64,000 nt of DNA, taken from NCBI GenBank assembly GCA_018715625.1, contig DVLG01000039.1, forward strand, positions 12,615-76,614, read 5' to 3'. The notes below the pieces were generated by a model. The model did no database searches. It had not been told where the DNA came from and saw only the letters and a list, made by a program, of their open reading frames with translations. Within the stretch, counting starts at the first letter, position 1, and each line of letters opens with the position of its first letter. Both the position numbers and the translations under genes were made by a program. This DNA is from Candidatus Scatovivens faecipullorum (GTDB taxonomy: Bacteria > Bacillota > Clostridia > TANB77 > CAG-508). Positions 1 to 10,356 of this stretch are shown piece by piece.

Positions 1-1110
1 TCCTATAAATTTTCCATTTTGAATAATAGGCGCACCAGAAAGACCTCTTATTATTCCTCCTGTTTTATCTATTAATTCTGAATCTGTTACTCTTATAAGC
101 ATACTCTTATTATTATAATCATTGTCATAATAAATTTTTTCTATTTCTATTCTATATTCTTTTGTCTTATTACTATTATCTAAAGAACAAATTATTTTTG
201 CTTCGCCAATTTTAATTTCATCTCTTAATGCTACTTTCATTTTTTTTGAAGTATCAATATTTAAACTAGTTAAATTATCTAAAGTTCCATATATTCCAAA
301 TTGAGTGTTTTTTGAAACTCTTCCTATAGTTTGCTGATTTAAAATTGTTCCTTTTATTTCTCCTGGATTCTCAATCTCCCCTTTTTTTATTGAAATAACC
401 TTTGAAGTTACAAGTTCTCCTGATTCAATATTAATCAAATTATTAGTATCACTATCTGTTATTCCATGACCTAAAACTGCAAATGATTTAGAATTTGGTT
501 CATAATATGTCATTGTTCCTACACCTGTTGCTGCATCTTTAACCCATAAACCTAATTTGTATTCTTTATCATCAGTTTTCACTGGTGTAATATTTGAAGT
601 TAAAATACTTCCATCTCTTAGAATTGTAAGTTTTAAGTTCTCTCCTTCTGATTTATTTACAACTTCTTTTAATACATCAATATCTTGAATTTCATTTTCA
701 TTAATTTTTAAAATTGTATCTCCTTCTTTTATATCTGTATTTTGATATGGTTTTATTAAATTATTATTGCAATCTTCTATTTCAGACATTCCAACTACTA
801 AAACCCCATTCGTATATAATTTTAATCCTATTATTTTTCCTATTGGAACCACTTCAATATCATCAATTACTGTTACTTTAACATCTTTTAACGGAATACT
901 TCCAAACATATTAACTTCTAAATTGCTAACATTGTAGTTGTTATTCGATGTTTTTGCTGTTTCTACTGTTTGTATTCCAAACATCTTTTTTAAGTTTAAT
1001 TCTTCACCTTCTAAAAGTACAATTTCTTTAGGTATTAAACTTATATTAGCAACATAAATATATAATATAAACAAAAAAATAATGGTTATCACATTTTTAA
1101 ATTTTTTCAT
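1..1110 (-). CDS. spoIVB: SpoIVB stage IV sporulation serine peptidase (S55, PDZ-containing); 3' end runs off the window start
   Basis: Minus-strand translation gives MKKFKNVITIIFLF... then GTMTYYEPNSKSFAVLGHGITDSDTNN...GEIENPGEIKGTILNQQTIGRV...IRVTDSELIDKTGGIIRGLSGAPIIQNGKFIG. This aligns along its length with B. subtilis SpoIVB, including the catalytic-Ser motif GxSGSPIIQNGK. Confidence 0.88.
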   Translation of the reverse strand, partial: MKKFKNVITIIFLFILYIYVANISLIPKEIVLLEGEELNLKKMFGIQTVETAKTSNNNYNVSNLEVNMFGSIPLKDVKVTVIDDIEVVPIGKIIGLKLYTNGVLVVGMSEIEDCNNNLIKPYQNTDIKEGDTILKINENEIQDIDVLKEVVNKSEGENLKLTILRDGSILTSNITPVKTDDKEYKLGLWVKDAATGVGTMTYYEPNSKSFAVLGHGITDSDTNNLINIESGELVTSKVISIKKGEIENPGEIKGTILNQQTIGRVSKNTQFGIYGTLDNLTSLNIDTSKKMKVALRDEIKIGEAKIICSLDNSNKTKEYRIEIEKIYYDNDYNNKSMLIRVTDSELIDKTGGIIRGLSGAPIIQNGKFIG

Positions 1111-1232
1111 AAAAATATGATAACCATTTATTATTATTTTATTCTTTACACTTTATAATTAAAAACTATTAAATATTATTAAAAATTAAGTTAATTAAAT
1201 CATTTGAAAACATATTATAATTTATATTTGTT

Positions 1233-1742
1233 TTAAGAACTATGTTTCTGTATATACATATTTTCATCATCAATATTAGGATTATCAGCATCATAAAATA
1301 CATATATTGCATCTATTAATCCATTATCTTGATAAGTTACAGCTACCCAATATTGATGTTTTGGCTCTACAAAATTTCTAATTTGATTTAATGATGTTAT
1401 ATATGGTTCTGGATTAGACATATCTGGGATATCAGCTTCTAGAACTGATGAGTCTCTATCATTATTTACTTTATCAAATATTACTGCTGGTATTTTTGTT
1501 GGTTCATCTTTATATGTATTAGCATTTGCAATTAAGGTGCCTAATAAAGATTTAATACTTGAACCTGTTTGTTTTCCCTCAAAACTTATAAAATTATTAT
1601 TAAATGCTTCAACTTCTCTTTGTTCCATTTCTACCATGGAATCCTGAACCGTATCCATAGAATTGTTATATATAAGCATTCCAGTAGATATTATTGAAAT
1701 TGTCATAATAGCTATTCCAAAACTTAATAACTTTGAATTCAT
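1233..1742 (-). CDS. Pilin-like protein with N-terminal hydrophobic helix; paralog of 5549..6082
   Basis: N-terminal TM segment. The central region is about 70 % identical to ORF 5549..6082 (FNNNFISFEGKQTGSSIKSLLGTLIANANTYKDEPTKIP...VEPKHQYWV). Confidence 0.4.
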   Translation of the reverse strand: MNSKLLSFGIAIMTISIISTGMLIYNNSMDTVQDSMVEMEQREVEAFNNNFISFEGKQTGSSIKSLLGTLIANANTYKDEPTKIPAVIFDKVNNDRDSSVLEADIPDMSNPEPYITSLNQIRNFVEPKHQYWVAVTYQDNGLIDAIYVFYDADNPNIDDENMYIQKHSS

Positions 1743-1752
1743 ATAATTCCCC

Positions 1753-4170
1753 TTATTTATAAATTACTCTAATATATTTTATTGATGCTTTTAGTACAGC
1801 ATCTTTTTGCTGTTTATAATCGCCTTCTGGTAATGTATCATCTTTTAAAACAGATGTTGAATTTTCTGCTTGTATATCAAAATGCAATTTGTTTTTTGAA
1901 ACTTTATCAGTTGAATTACCAAACTCATTTGGATCTACTTCAATATACATTGTATATTCTTTAGTAGAATTTGATGCCATTGAATATATCGTATCATTTA
2001 AATAACTATTAGTTCCTACATAAGGTCTATAACTTAAAGTTGTTTCATTTCTATCTGTTGTTTTTACAGTCCCAATAACAACTTCAATTGCTTTAATATC
2101 ACTTAAAGGTAATGTTGAATCATGAGAATCAAGTTCTGTGCCTTCACCAACTCTGTTTTCATAAATAATTTCATAGCCTTCTGAATTTTCAACAGCATTC
2201 ATTTTATATATATCATTTCTTTCTTTTGCTACAGCAATATAGTATGCTCTTCTTAAATTTGCAAATCTTGTATAATCAGGATTTGTTTCATCAAAAATAT
2301 TTGTAGTATTATAATTTCCATCATTAACACAATCATAACATGCTAAATTTTTATGATCATATTTATATGGTAAAATTGTATTATATTTATCATAAATTTT
2401 ATCATATTTCACTTCTTTTGATGAAAAAGATAAATATTGTGTATACCCTGAACCTCCAGATCCTACAGGGTTATAAACTGAATCTGCATCCATTAATTTT
2501 TGACAATTTATACTATGATATTCAGTATTTTCATCATTAAATTTATCTTTTTGAACATAATAAATATGCTCTGGTGAAGTTACTATCTCATTATTTGTAC
2601 TTGATACTATCATATAATTATTATAAGTTTTTAAACCACATTTCATACCCTGCATAAATGATACTATTGAAACATTTGATAATATTTGTTGCCACTCATC
2701 ATTTGTCATTACTGGCATTGAATAACTATATGCTTCTGTTGTATTCATATTATATGTAGACATCGCTAAATTTAAATTATATTGAATTGAATTTCTTATA
2801 ACATTTATTTTATGTGTATAGAAATTTGAATCTATTGCTATTTCTGTTTTTCCTGTTACAGTTTCTCCTTCTACATTAAAAATTACAGCATCACTACCGG
2901 AAAAATCATAAGTAACTTGTTCTATACCTTTTATTGATTCATAATTTTGGCCAGAGATTTCAACTAATGCATTTTCTCTTAAATCTCCAACATAACTATA
3001 AACCCAATCTGAAAAGATTTCTGCCTTTGCATAATAAACAGCTGCTGATATTAAATCTAATCTATATTGATATTCATTCAATCTTTCATGACAAGTATTT
3101 ATTGTACTTTTTAAAGTATTTTTTACATCATCTGTAAGACTAGTATTTCCAGCTAACTCATTTTGTGCATTATCAAGATTTGTATTTTCTGTATTAATTT
3201 TTTCTTGTAAGTTTTGAACACTATCACCTGGTTCAATTTCAAAAGAGCTATTTTCTTCTCCAACTATTTCAACTTTTATTTTATGAGTTCCTGATTCAAT
3301 TAATTCTTTAGCTGTTTCTTGATTATATTTTAATATTATATTTGGATCATCATCAACATATACTTTAACCGAATCTCTTGAAATTAAATATCCAGATTTT
3401 GTATAATATTCATCTCCAATGCTTCCTTCAATTGTTACATAATTATCTAAAGTATAAACAATTGTTAAATCTGCATCTTTTCCATTTAATTGTTGTTTAT
3501 ATCTTGCAGAAAATGGCATATAAGATTTTAAAACATTTTTATTATTAAATTTAGCTTCTCCAATATTTGCTGTATATGTTCCATCAGCTTTTTCATATAA
3601 TAATTGTCCATAATCTTCTGTACGACTCAAGTTTTTTAAATCATCATAATGAACATATCTCTTTAATCTCTCATCATTGCTAAGAGCTAACCACTCAGCA
3701 GACTCTTCGTCTATTTCTTCATAAGAATATGTTCCATTTGCATTTAAAGTTACTCCTAAATCACCAACAGCAACTGCCGTTCCATCTGACTTTGTTAAAA
3801 CTGTTGGAACTTTTGTTGGAGCGTATATATAATATCCATCATATAAAGTATATAATAATGCAGGTATATTTTGTTCAACATAAGATTTACTAGCATTAGA
3901 CATACCAAAATTAGTAGCTAATGTATTCATAAATACATTAGCTGATGCTTCTATTATTGTACGCAAAGAATCGGACACAGAAGATAAGTCTTCATTTGCA
4001 GTATTAATCTCAAATGAAGACATAGCATCATAAGTTGAGTCTAATAATTGTGTATCATATTGACTTTGTATCTCTATAGAATCTACTTGTAGTTGTATGT
4101 AATAAGTTAAAACTAAAATTAGTGGCAAAGCAACTAAAGCAAATATTATTCCAAAACTTTGTAACTTCAT
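1753..4170 (-). CDS. Large (805 aa) membrane-anchored extracellular protein, putative filament-associated (TadG-like) protein
   Basis: N-terminal signal anchor (FGIIFALVALPLILVLTYYI). Otherwise hydrophilic and N/T/Y-rich. It sits in the operon with the pilin-like genes. No recognised catalytic motif. Confidence 0.3.
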   Translation of the reverse strand: MKLQSFGIIFALVALPLILVLTYYIQLQVDSIEIQSQYDTQLLDSTYDAMSSFEINTANEDLSSVSDSLRTIIEASANVFMNTLATNFGMSNASKSYVEQNIPALLYTLYDGYYIYAPTKVPTVLTKSDGTAVAVGDLGVTLNANGTYSYEEIDEESAEWLALSNDERLKRYVHYDDLKNLSRTEDYGQLLYEKADGTYTANIGEAKFNNKNVLKSYMPFSARYKQQLNGKDADLTIVYTLDNYVTIEGSIGDEYYTKSGYLISRDSVKVYVDDDPNIILKYNQETAKELIESGTHKIKVEIVGEENSSFEIEPGDSVQNLQEKINTENTNLDNAQNELAGNTSLTDDVKNTLKSTINTCHERLNEYQYRLDLISAAVYYAKAEIFSDWVYSYVGDLRENALVEISGQNYESIKGIEQVTYDFSGSDAVIFNVEGETVTGKTEIAIDSNFYTHKINVIRNSIQYNLNLAMSTYNMNTTEAYSYSMPVMTNDEWQQILSNVSIVSFMQGMKCGLKTYNNYMIVSSTNNEIVTSPEHIYYVQKDKFNDENTEYHSINCQKLMDADSVYNPVGSGGSGYTQYLSFSSKEVKYDKIYDKYNTILPYKYDHKNLACYDCVNDGNYNTTNIFDETNPDYTRFANLRRAYYIAVAKERNDIYKMNAVENSEGYEIIYENRVGEGTELDSHDSTLPLSDIKAIEVVIGTVKTTDRNETTLSYRPYVGTNSYLNDTIYSMASNSTKEYTMYIEVDPNEFGNSTDKVSKNKLHFDIQAENSTSVLKDDTLPEGDYKQQKDAVLKASIKYIRVIYK

Positions 4171-4188
4171 TATTTACTTCCTTTAACT

Positions 4189-4713
4189 TTAATAAGAACC
4201 ATTTGCAGTAACTATTCCTGTATGTGAAGCTGAAATAGAATAAATATCGCTTCCTTTTATAGAATAGAACACTCCTCTAATTGTTTGTGACATTGTTTTA
4301 TTTGTATTTTTTACACTTGTAGAGAAGATATCTCCTTCTTTCATTTTATAAACACCTTCTTTTTCAAGTGTTTCTACAATTTGAGAGGTATATATTGAAT
4401 AATAAACATTTTCTCCAATAACTGTTCCTTGTGTCCAAGCTGATTTTTTACCAATATTTTCATCTAACACTTTTAATTCCATCTCAATATCATAAGAATT
4501 TCCTGTTGCGTTTATTGTAGTTACTAATTTAGTATAATTATCCATTGTAATTTTTCCTACAGCTCTTGAATCATCTACAAATTCTGTAACTGCAGTCCTA
4601 ACAGATAGTTGTGATATATCATCACTTCTTTCTGAAACTGATAACAGTGGAAATATAAACATTAAAATTGCAGCTAACAAAATTGCAACAACTGTAATTA
4701 ATGTGTCACTCAT
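4189..4713 (-). CDS. Minor pilin/pseudopilin-like protein (TadE-like?)
   Basis: N-terminal TM helix (LITVVAILLAAILMFIFPLL) followed by a soluble domain. 18 nt from the previous gene. Confidence 0.3.
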   Translation of the reverse strand: MSDTLITVVAILLAAILMFIFPLLSVSERSDDISQLSVRTAVTEFVDDSRAVGKITMDNYTKLVTTINATGNSYDIEMELKVLDENIGKKSAWTQGTVIGENVYYSIYTSQIVETLEKEGVYKMKEGDIFSTSVKNTNKTMSQTIRGVFYSIKGSDIYSISASHTGIVTANGSY

Positions 4714-4737
4714 AGGCTCCTCCTTATATTTTTACCT

Positions 4738-5457
4738 TTATTCTGACATTTCTGCTGGATTTTCTAACATTGTATATATAATAACAATTTTATCTTTTGA
4801 CTCAGCTCCTGTAACAAGAGTATCTCCATCTTCTGTTTCCATTGTTTCACCTGTATATGAATAACTAATAAATTGCTCTCTAAATTGAATTCCTTGCATT
4901 CTTGCTGCATAAAATTTATTTTTTCTATAATCAACAAGAGCATTATTTATATATCCAAAATCTCCATTTATAAAAAAGTCTATTCTTGTTTTTACCGCTT
5001 CTGTGCTACCTAACCATGGTGCCTGAAACAAATAGTATGGTTTGTCTTTATTATCAAAAATATTTTTTAATGCATTATTTGCTACTTGAGAAGAATCATT
5101 CTCATCTTCTGCATTAGTATCTGCTACTGCATTATGTACATCACCTTCTAATTTAACATCAAAAATTTGAATTAAATTATTACTTGCATCATAGATTTTA
5201 ACACAAAAGTTTTCTTTGTGATAACGATATAATGTTGGGATGATAGTTTCAGCACTTACCAATCTTTCTGTTCCATTTTCACCATTACTGTCTTCTACTA
5301 ATTGTACATTATCATAATAAGTTGTTGGATCAGCATATAATGATAATGCTTCAGCAGTTGTTGTTACCTGTGAAAACATATACATTGACACTGATAATGC
5401 TATTACAAAAACTATACATGCAAAAGCTATTGAAATTGCTTGTACTACATCATCCAT
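4738..5457 (-). CDS. Minor pilin/pseudopilin-like protein
   Basis: N-terminal TM helix (AISIAFACIVFVIALSVSMYMF) and a soluble C-terminal domain. Operon context. Confidence 0.3.
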   Translation of the reverse strand: MDDVVQAISIAFACIVFVIALSVSMYMFSQVTTTAEALSLYADPTTYYDNVQLVEDSNGENGTERLVSAETIIPTLYRYHKENFCVKIYDASNNLIQIFDVKLEGDVHNAVADTNAEDENDSSQVANNALKNIFDNKDKPYYLFQAPWLGSTEAVKTRIDFFINGDFGYINNALVDYRKNKFYAARMQGIQFREQFISYSYTGETMETEDGDTLVTGAESKDKIVIIYTMLENPAEMSE

Positions 5458-5476
5458 ATTATACCCTTTCTTTATA

Positions 5477-5513
5477 TTTGTTAAATAAAAGTGGTATAGT
5501 AATATAATTTATA
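5477..5513. terminator. Hairpin terminator downstream of pilin-like gene 5549..6082
   Basis: aaaagtggtata...tataccactttt stem followed by T-rich tracts on both strands. Confidence 0.45.
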
Positions 5514-5548
5514 TACCACTTTTATTTAAAATCTTTTTTTATCAAATA

Positions 5549-6082
5549 TTAGCTATCACTTGCATCATTATTATGAAGTCCATCAGTTTCTATTTTAGCA
5601 TCAGAACCTTGGTTTCCTGCTTCATAAGTAACATATATACCATCTATTAAACCATTATCTTGGTTCGTTATTGATACCCAATATTGATGTTTTGGTTCTA
5701 CACTATTTCTTATTGTATTTAATGAATTAATATATGATTGTGGTTGTGAAGCTTCTGGAACATCAGCTCTTAAAACTGAAGATTCTTTTGAATTGTTTAC
5801 TTTATCAAATACAACTCCTGGTATTTTTGTTGGTTCATCTCTATATGTATTTGCATTAGCAATTAATGTTCCAATCATAGATTTAATATTTGAACCAGTT
5901 TGTCTTCCTTCAAAACTCATAAATTCATTATTAAAAGCTTGTACCTCTTGTGTTGACATTGATTGCATTGAGTTATTAATTGTACTTTGTGCACTATTGT
6001 ATATAAACATACCAATAGCTATAATTAAAATTGCTAATAAAATTGCACCTGCAATTAAAAGTGCTTTTGAAGCATTCTCCAT
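5549..6082 (-). CDS. Putative major Flp-like pilin (leaderless) of the Tad-like locus
   Basis: Strong RBS (aggagg) 7 nt upstream, with a TAA stop in-frame upstream, so no leader peptide. N-terminus MENASKALLIAGAILLAILIIAIG resembles the mature Flp hydrophobic core (GLIAAGIALAII). Followed by its own hairpin terminator. Confidence 0.45.
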   Translation of the reverse strand: MENASKALLIAGAILLAILIIAIGMFIYNSAQSTINNSMQSMSTQEVQAFNNEFMSFEGRQTGSNIKSMIGTLIANANTYRDEPTKIPGVVFDKVNNSKESSVLRADVPEASQPQSYINSLNTIRNSVEPKHQYWVSITNQDNGLIDGIYVTYEAGNQGSDAKIETDGLHNNDASDS

Positions 6083-6170
6083 ACTTATTTCCTCCTTTAA
6101 TTTTTCTTTTGATTTTTATTTATTTTAAATACCATAATTTTCAAATTTATATGGTAATGTTAAAAACAAT

Positions 6171-6611
6171 TTAATAATTTGTTGCTTCAAATGTCATTGA
6201 AGCTACTCTTCCTGTTTTTTCATGATATTTAATATCTGTACATTTAAAACCTACTTCTCCAAAATATGCTATAAAAGATTCCATTCCAAGATTTGTAATT
6301 CTTTCCATTTTGTAAGTAGTATCATTTATTATCATAGTTACATATATTTCGACACTATATTCATCATCTAATATATATAATCCTTCTTCATTTTTAGGTA
6401 TTTCATATTTATCATTATTACTTCTTGCTTTATTTATTACTGTTGTGATATCTAATCCATTTAATCCATCTTTATTATAGTTTTCATAAAAAGAATTAAA
6501 TTTGTTTATTTCATCTTGTTTCATTTTATAATTGTTAAATTTTATAAATATAATACCAACTATTATACATAAAATTACTAAAATTAAAACTACAGTTTTT
6601 TTCATACTCAC
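6171..6611 (-). CDS. Small membrane-anchored protein of the pilin-associated family (C-terminal KC...Y..TGRVASM.FE motif)
   Basis: Signal anchor TVVLILVILCIIVGIIF. C-terminus FKCTDIKYHEKTGRVASMTFEATNY is shared with 6688..7365 and 7378..8214. Confidence 0.3.
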   Translation of the reverse strand: MSMKKTVVLILVILCIIVGIIFIKFNNYKMKQDEINKFNSFYENYNKDGLNGLDITTVINKARSNNDKYEIPKNEEGLYILDDEYSVEIYVTMIINDTTYKMERITNLGMESFIAYFGEVGFKCTDIKYHEKTGRVASMTFEATNY

Positions 6612-6687
6612 CTATATATATTATATCATATTTCATCAAATTTGTACAATATTTACACTCAATATTGTTCTGTTAAATTATAGTATT

Positions 6688-7365
6688 TTATTCTTCATCA
6701 AATTCAGGATCCCAATATAAATCGCTACCTTCTTCAGGAATTACTCTTTCAAATCTCATACTAGCAACTCTTCCAGTTAAGTCATGATAAGTTATTTGAG
6801 TACAATTCCATATATATTTATATATAGTTGCAATTTTAGAAGTTTCATTCCCATTAATATCAGTATAAGATATATTGCCTAAATGTGTTTTAGATAATTT
6901 ATCATCTGCATCAAATCCACCTCCAGAAGCCTTTAATTCTTCTACTGTTTTATTTGCTAAATCATATATTGAAATAATTTTTCCACTTCCATCCAATATT
7001 TGATTCTTCTTAAATTCTTGTCTTAGTCTATTTTTTTCATTTTCATCTTGAGGTGCAGGAATAGTAAAAGTTTTTGAACCTATAACAATTTCAATTAGTA
7101 CAGAATTTGAATTATCATAATTTGTCATAGTATTTACATCATATGCTAAATTTGCAACAGTTATTAAATCCATTATTGTATTATCCTGAACATTATAATT
7201 TTCAAATTTAGAATTATATAATTCTAATTGATTTTCAGCCTGTTCTAAATCGTATTGTTCATCAACTCTTGCTCCAGCTCTAAATACATAAGTAAATATA
7301 CCTATAAGCATTAATGCTATTAATATAGTCGCTGCCATAATCAAAAACTTTGAAGCATTTTCCAT
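6688..7365 (-). CDS. Pilin-like protein (MENASK-type N-terminus)
   Basis: N-terminus MENASKFLIMAATILIALMLIGIF. C-terminal CTQITYHDLTGRVASMRFE motif. Confidence 0.4.
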   Translation of the reverse strand: MENASKFLIMAATILIALMLIGIFTYVFRAGARVDEQYDLEQAENQLELYNSKFENYNVQDNTIMDLITVANLAYDVNTMTNYDNSNSVLIEIVIGSKTFTIPAPQDENEKNRLRQEFKKNQILDGSGKIISIYDLANKTVEELKASGGGFDADDKLSKTHLGNISYTDINGNETSKIATIYKYIWNCTQITYHDLTGRVASMRFERVIPEEGSDLYWDPEFDEE

Positions 7366-7377
7366 TAATTTCTCCTT

Positions 7378-8214
7378 TTATTCTTCTAATTCTGAAAAAT
7401 AGATTTCATTCACCCTTCCAGTTACTTCACTATAACCTATAAAATCACATTTAAATCTTTTTGTTTTAAAGTTATACAATGCTGTTTGCCAAGTTGCAGA
7501 ACTCCAATACTCTAAATTTTCGCCGGTATTATTATCAACTTTAATTGTTAAAAAATTTGAAAAATTTAATAAAGATTCTAATTGAGTATCCTTCATTAAA
7601 GAATAATATTTTTTTTGTTCCTCTCCTTCTTTCGGATAAATTTCACTTCCTGAATTAGCCTCCATATATCTATTATCCTTTGATGCATCTAAAACTACAG
7701 TCGTTGTTTTTAGTGGTGATGTTATTCTAAAAGATGTATAATTATTATCTTTTGACATATCTAATCCAGCAAATAATCCTACATCATTCATTGTTAATTC
7801 TTTTCCATCAACTAATGGTGCATCATCGTCATAAGCAACAACTTCTTTTTGATTTTTATCATAATATCTAACTTCCAATTTTTCTTCAAGAGGTGAATTA
7901 ATGTTTACACATACATCTATATAATATTGTTCTCCATATGCTGCTCCAGATAAAAATCTATTTCCTTCGGCATATTTTTCATTATTACTTTTTGCTTTAT
8001 TTAGGCAAGAAATAACATCAACACCATACATTCCTTTTTTATCATATACTTCATATTCTAAATTAAATTTGGCTAGTTGCTCTTGAGTAGCTATTTCGTC
8101 ATCTTGCTGTGGCCATTCCCCCACATGTGAAAAAAAGTATGATATTAATGCCATCAGCATAACTCCAAGTAGTACTCCTGCTGCTAATTCTAGCGCTTTT
8201 GCTGCATTTTCCAT
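7378..8214 (-). CDS. Pilin-like protein (MENAAK-type N-terminus)
   Basis: N-terminus MENAAKALELAAGVLLGVMLMAL. C-terminal FKCDFIGYSEVTGRVNEIYF motif. Confidence 0.4.
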   Translation of the reverse strand: MENAAKALELAAGVLLGVMLMALISYFFSHVGEWPQQDDEIATQEQLAKFNLEYEVYDKKGMYGVDVISCLNKAKSNNEKYAEGNRFLSGAAYGEQYYIDVCVNINSPLEEKLEVRYYDKNQKEVVAYDDDAPLVDGKELTMNDVGLFAGLDMSKDNNYTSFRITSPLKTTTVVLDASKDNRYMEANSGSEIYPKEGEEQKKYYSLMKDTQLESLLNFSNFLTIKVDNNTGENLEYWSSATWQTALYNFKTKRFKCDFIGYSEVTGRVNEIYFSELEE

Positions 8215-8231
8215 ATTTAATATCTCCTATT

Positions 8232-10307
8232 TTATGCCATACTAGACATAGTTTCAAATGCAGATGTCATACTTGTCATACCTATTAAACACATTGGTAT
8301 AATCAAATATACAACAAATAGCATTACCATTGGGGCAAAACCTATAACTTTTCCAATCATAGATTTTTTAGAAATCATTCTTTCATTTGATTCTTTTCTC
8401 TTTTCTTGGTGATATGCTCTTTCTGTGTCAAGCTCATCAAAAGCCTCTCTAATAGGTATTTGTTCAACAGCTGCCTGCAAACTTTCAACTATTCTTATTA
8501 ATTGTTGGAAAGATATGTCATTTTTCAACTCTTCCAAAGCTTCCCAAGGCCCACTTTCATAGTTATTAACACATTTGCTTATTGGCTCTTTAAAAATATT
8601 CGCATATCTTTCAAGCCATTCTAGAATCATTTCAACATTAACTCTTTCAATTTTCATAAGCATTAAAATTATAGTCTGGAACTGCATTACTTCATTTTCC
8701 ATATCCATTTTTCTCATAATCTTTTGGAAAATTAAAAGTCCAACAGGTATTTCATATCCTACAACCATTATTACTAATGCTATTAAAATTTCAAACCATT
8801 TTATATATTCAGATTGAACAATTTGCAGTTTTTCCCAAATTCTTTCCACAATTGTTTCTAGTTCTTCTTCTGTACTCATTCCATATTCTTCAGATTCAGC
8901 AACATCTTTTGCAAGAATTTCTTGAGTTACTTCATAATCATACTGGTATTTATACAAAAATACATTATCTTTTTCTGTAGTTTCCATTGCTTTTTTCTCT
9001 TGTTGTTCAGACATTGAGCCTAGTAAATTATAATCTGCAGTTGGCTCTGTAAATTGAAAATCAATTGCCATTTTATGTGCAGTAAATAATACTATTAAAG
9101 AACCAACTAATGCTATAATTGCTGCACCTAATCTATTTATGTATAACCATTCCATTTTTAATTTTGAAGCAGAATCTTTAAGTAATTGTACTATTTTTCT
9201 ATAATCTTTTGTTCCTTGTTTTGGAATAAATAAATCTATAAATTTTTTAGCATATTTATTTTTATAAAGTTTTGCTTGCCAAGGGTTTTCCATGTTTTTA
9301 GCAGTATTTACACTTCCATTATCTTTTAATTTTCTTGTTAACATGTAAGATAAGAAAGTTACAACAATAAGCAATACTTGTACTAAAAATCCAGATGTCC
9401 CATTATAAAATTGTCTTGTAAAAGAGAATTGGCCTATTGCCCAATTTTTTACAGTATCAATAAATAAGATTGGCAATGCTGCAATCATTGATAAACTTTG
9501 GAACACGTAATCCAATTTATCTCTTTTTAATATTTCAATTTGCATCTCTTGTGTAATATTATTTAAGTTTTTTAAATATAAAGATGCTCCATCTTTATCT
9601 TTTCTATCACCAAATTCTTTTGTTAAATATGAAACTCCAGCAAATTCTTTTAAGTAACTATTTGGTGCTATATCATAATATTTTTCAAGTTCTGTTTCAG
9701 GATCATCTGAAATTAATACTTCATATATTTTTTCAGCTTGTCTTGAAACCTCTTTTTCATCATCTTGTGATACTTCATATATTGCTTCTTCAACCATGTT
9801 ATATTCATGGTAAGCATGTCTTATTTCAGAAAAGAAATCTAGTTGCTCTCTTAAAAGTTTATTATCAATACTATCAACCATTCCTTCTAGTAAAGTTTCT
9901 AGAAAGAATAATTCAAATAAAAGTAATGAACACATTAAAAGCATATTTCCATAAGTCATATATATTACAACAAATGTTAATGGTATAACAACTAATAATG
10001 CTTTAAACATAATTTTTGCAACTTGTTTTCTAGTTATAAATTCATCCTCTAAATTTATAATTTCCAATCTTCTTCTAAGCTTTAAAGCGTATCTTCTTAA
10101 AAAAGGAAGTCCTGCACATTTTATATAAAATTTTTGATAAAAGACATCCATATTAAAAGATGATCTTTTAGTACCTTGAACTAATTGCGCTACATATCTA
10201 GTTTCTTTTGTTTGCATTTTTTTACTTAATAGGTAATAAGCTAATACTAGTATAGCAAATAGTCCACCTACTCCAACCATCAAGTATACTAATACATCTT
10301 GTGACAT
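8232..10307 (-). CDS. Polytopic inner-membrane platform protein, TadB/TadC-like (GspF family) fusion
   Basis: 691 aa with multiple TM segments in two clusters separated by cytoplasmic helical regions. Lies immediately downstream of the CpaF-like ATPase, as in tad loci. Confidence 0.4.
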   Translation of the reverse strand: MSQDVLVYLMVGVGGLFAILVLAYYLLSKKMQTKETRYVAQLVQGTKRSSFNMDVFYQKFYIKCAGLPFLRRYALKLRRRLEIINLEDEFITRKQVAKIMFKALLVVIPLTFVVIYMTYGNMLLMCSLLLFELFFLETLLEGMVDSIDNKLLREQLDFFSEIRHAYHEYNMVEEAIYEVSQDDEKEVSRQAEKIYEVLISDDPETELEKYYDIAPNSYLKEFAGVSYLTKEFGDRKDKDGASLYLKNLNNITQEMQIEILKRDKLDYVFQSLSMIAALPILFIDTVKNWAIGQFSFTRQFYNGTSGFLVQVLLIVVTFLSYMLTRKLKDNGSVNTAKNMENPWQAKLYKNKYAKKFIDLFIPKQGTKDYRKIVQLLKDSASKLKMEWLYINRLGAAIIALVGSLIVLFTAHKMAIDFQFTEPTADYNLLGSMSEQQEKKAMETTEKDNVFLYKYQYDYEVTQEILAKDVAESEEYGMSTEEELETIVERIWEKLQIVQSEYIKWFEILIALVIMVVGYEIPVGLLIFQKIMRKMDMENEVMQFQTIILMLMKIERVNVEMILEWLERYANIFKEPISKCVNNYESGPWEALEELKNDISFQQLIRIVESLQAAVEQIPIREAFDELDTERAYHQEKRKESNERMISKKSMIGKVIGFAPMVMLFVVYLIIPMCLIGMTSMTSAFETMSSMA

Positions 10308-10356
10308 TTAATTACTTCACCGTCCTTTATCATTTAAAATATTTATTATTACTTTT

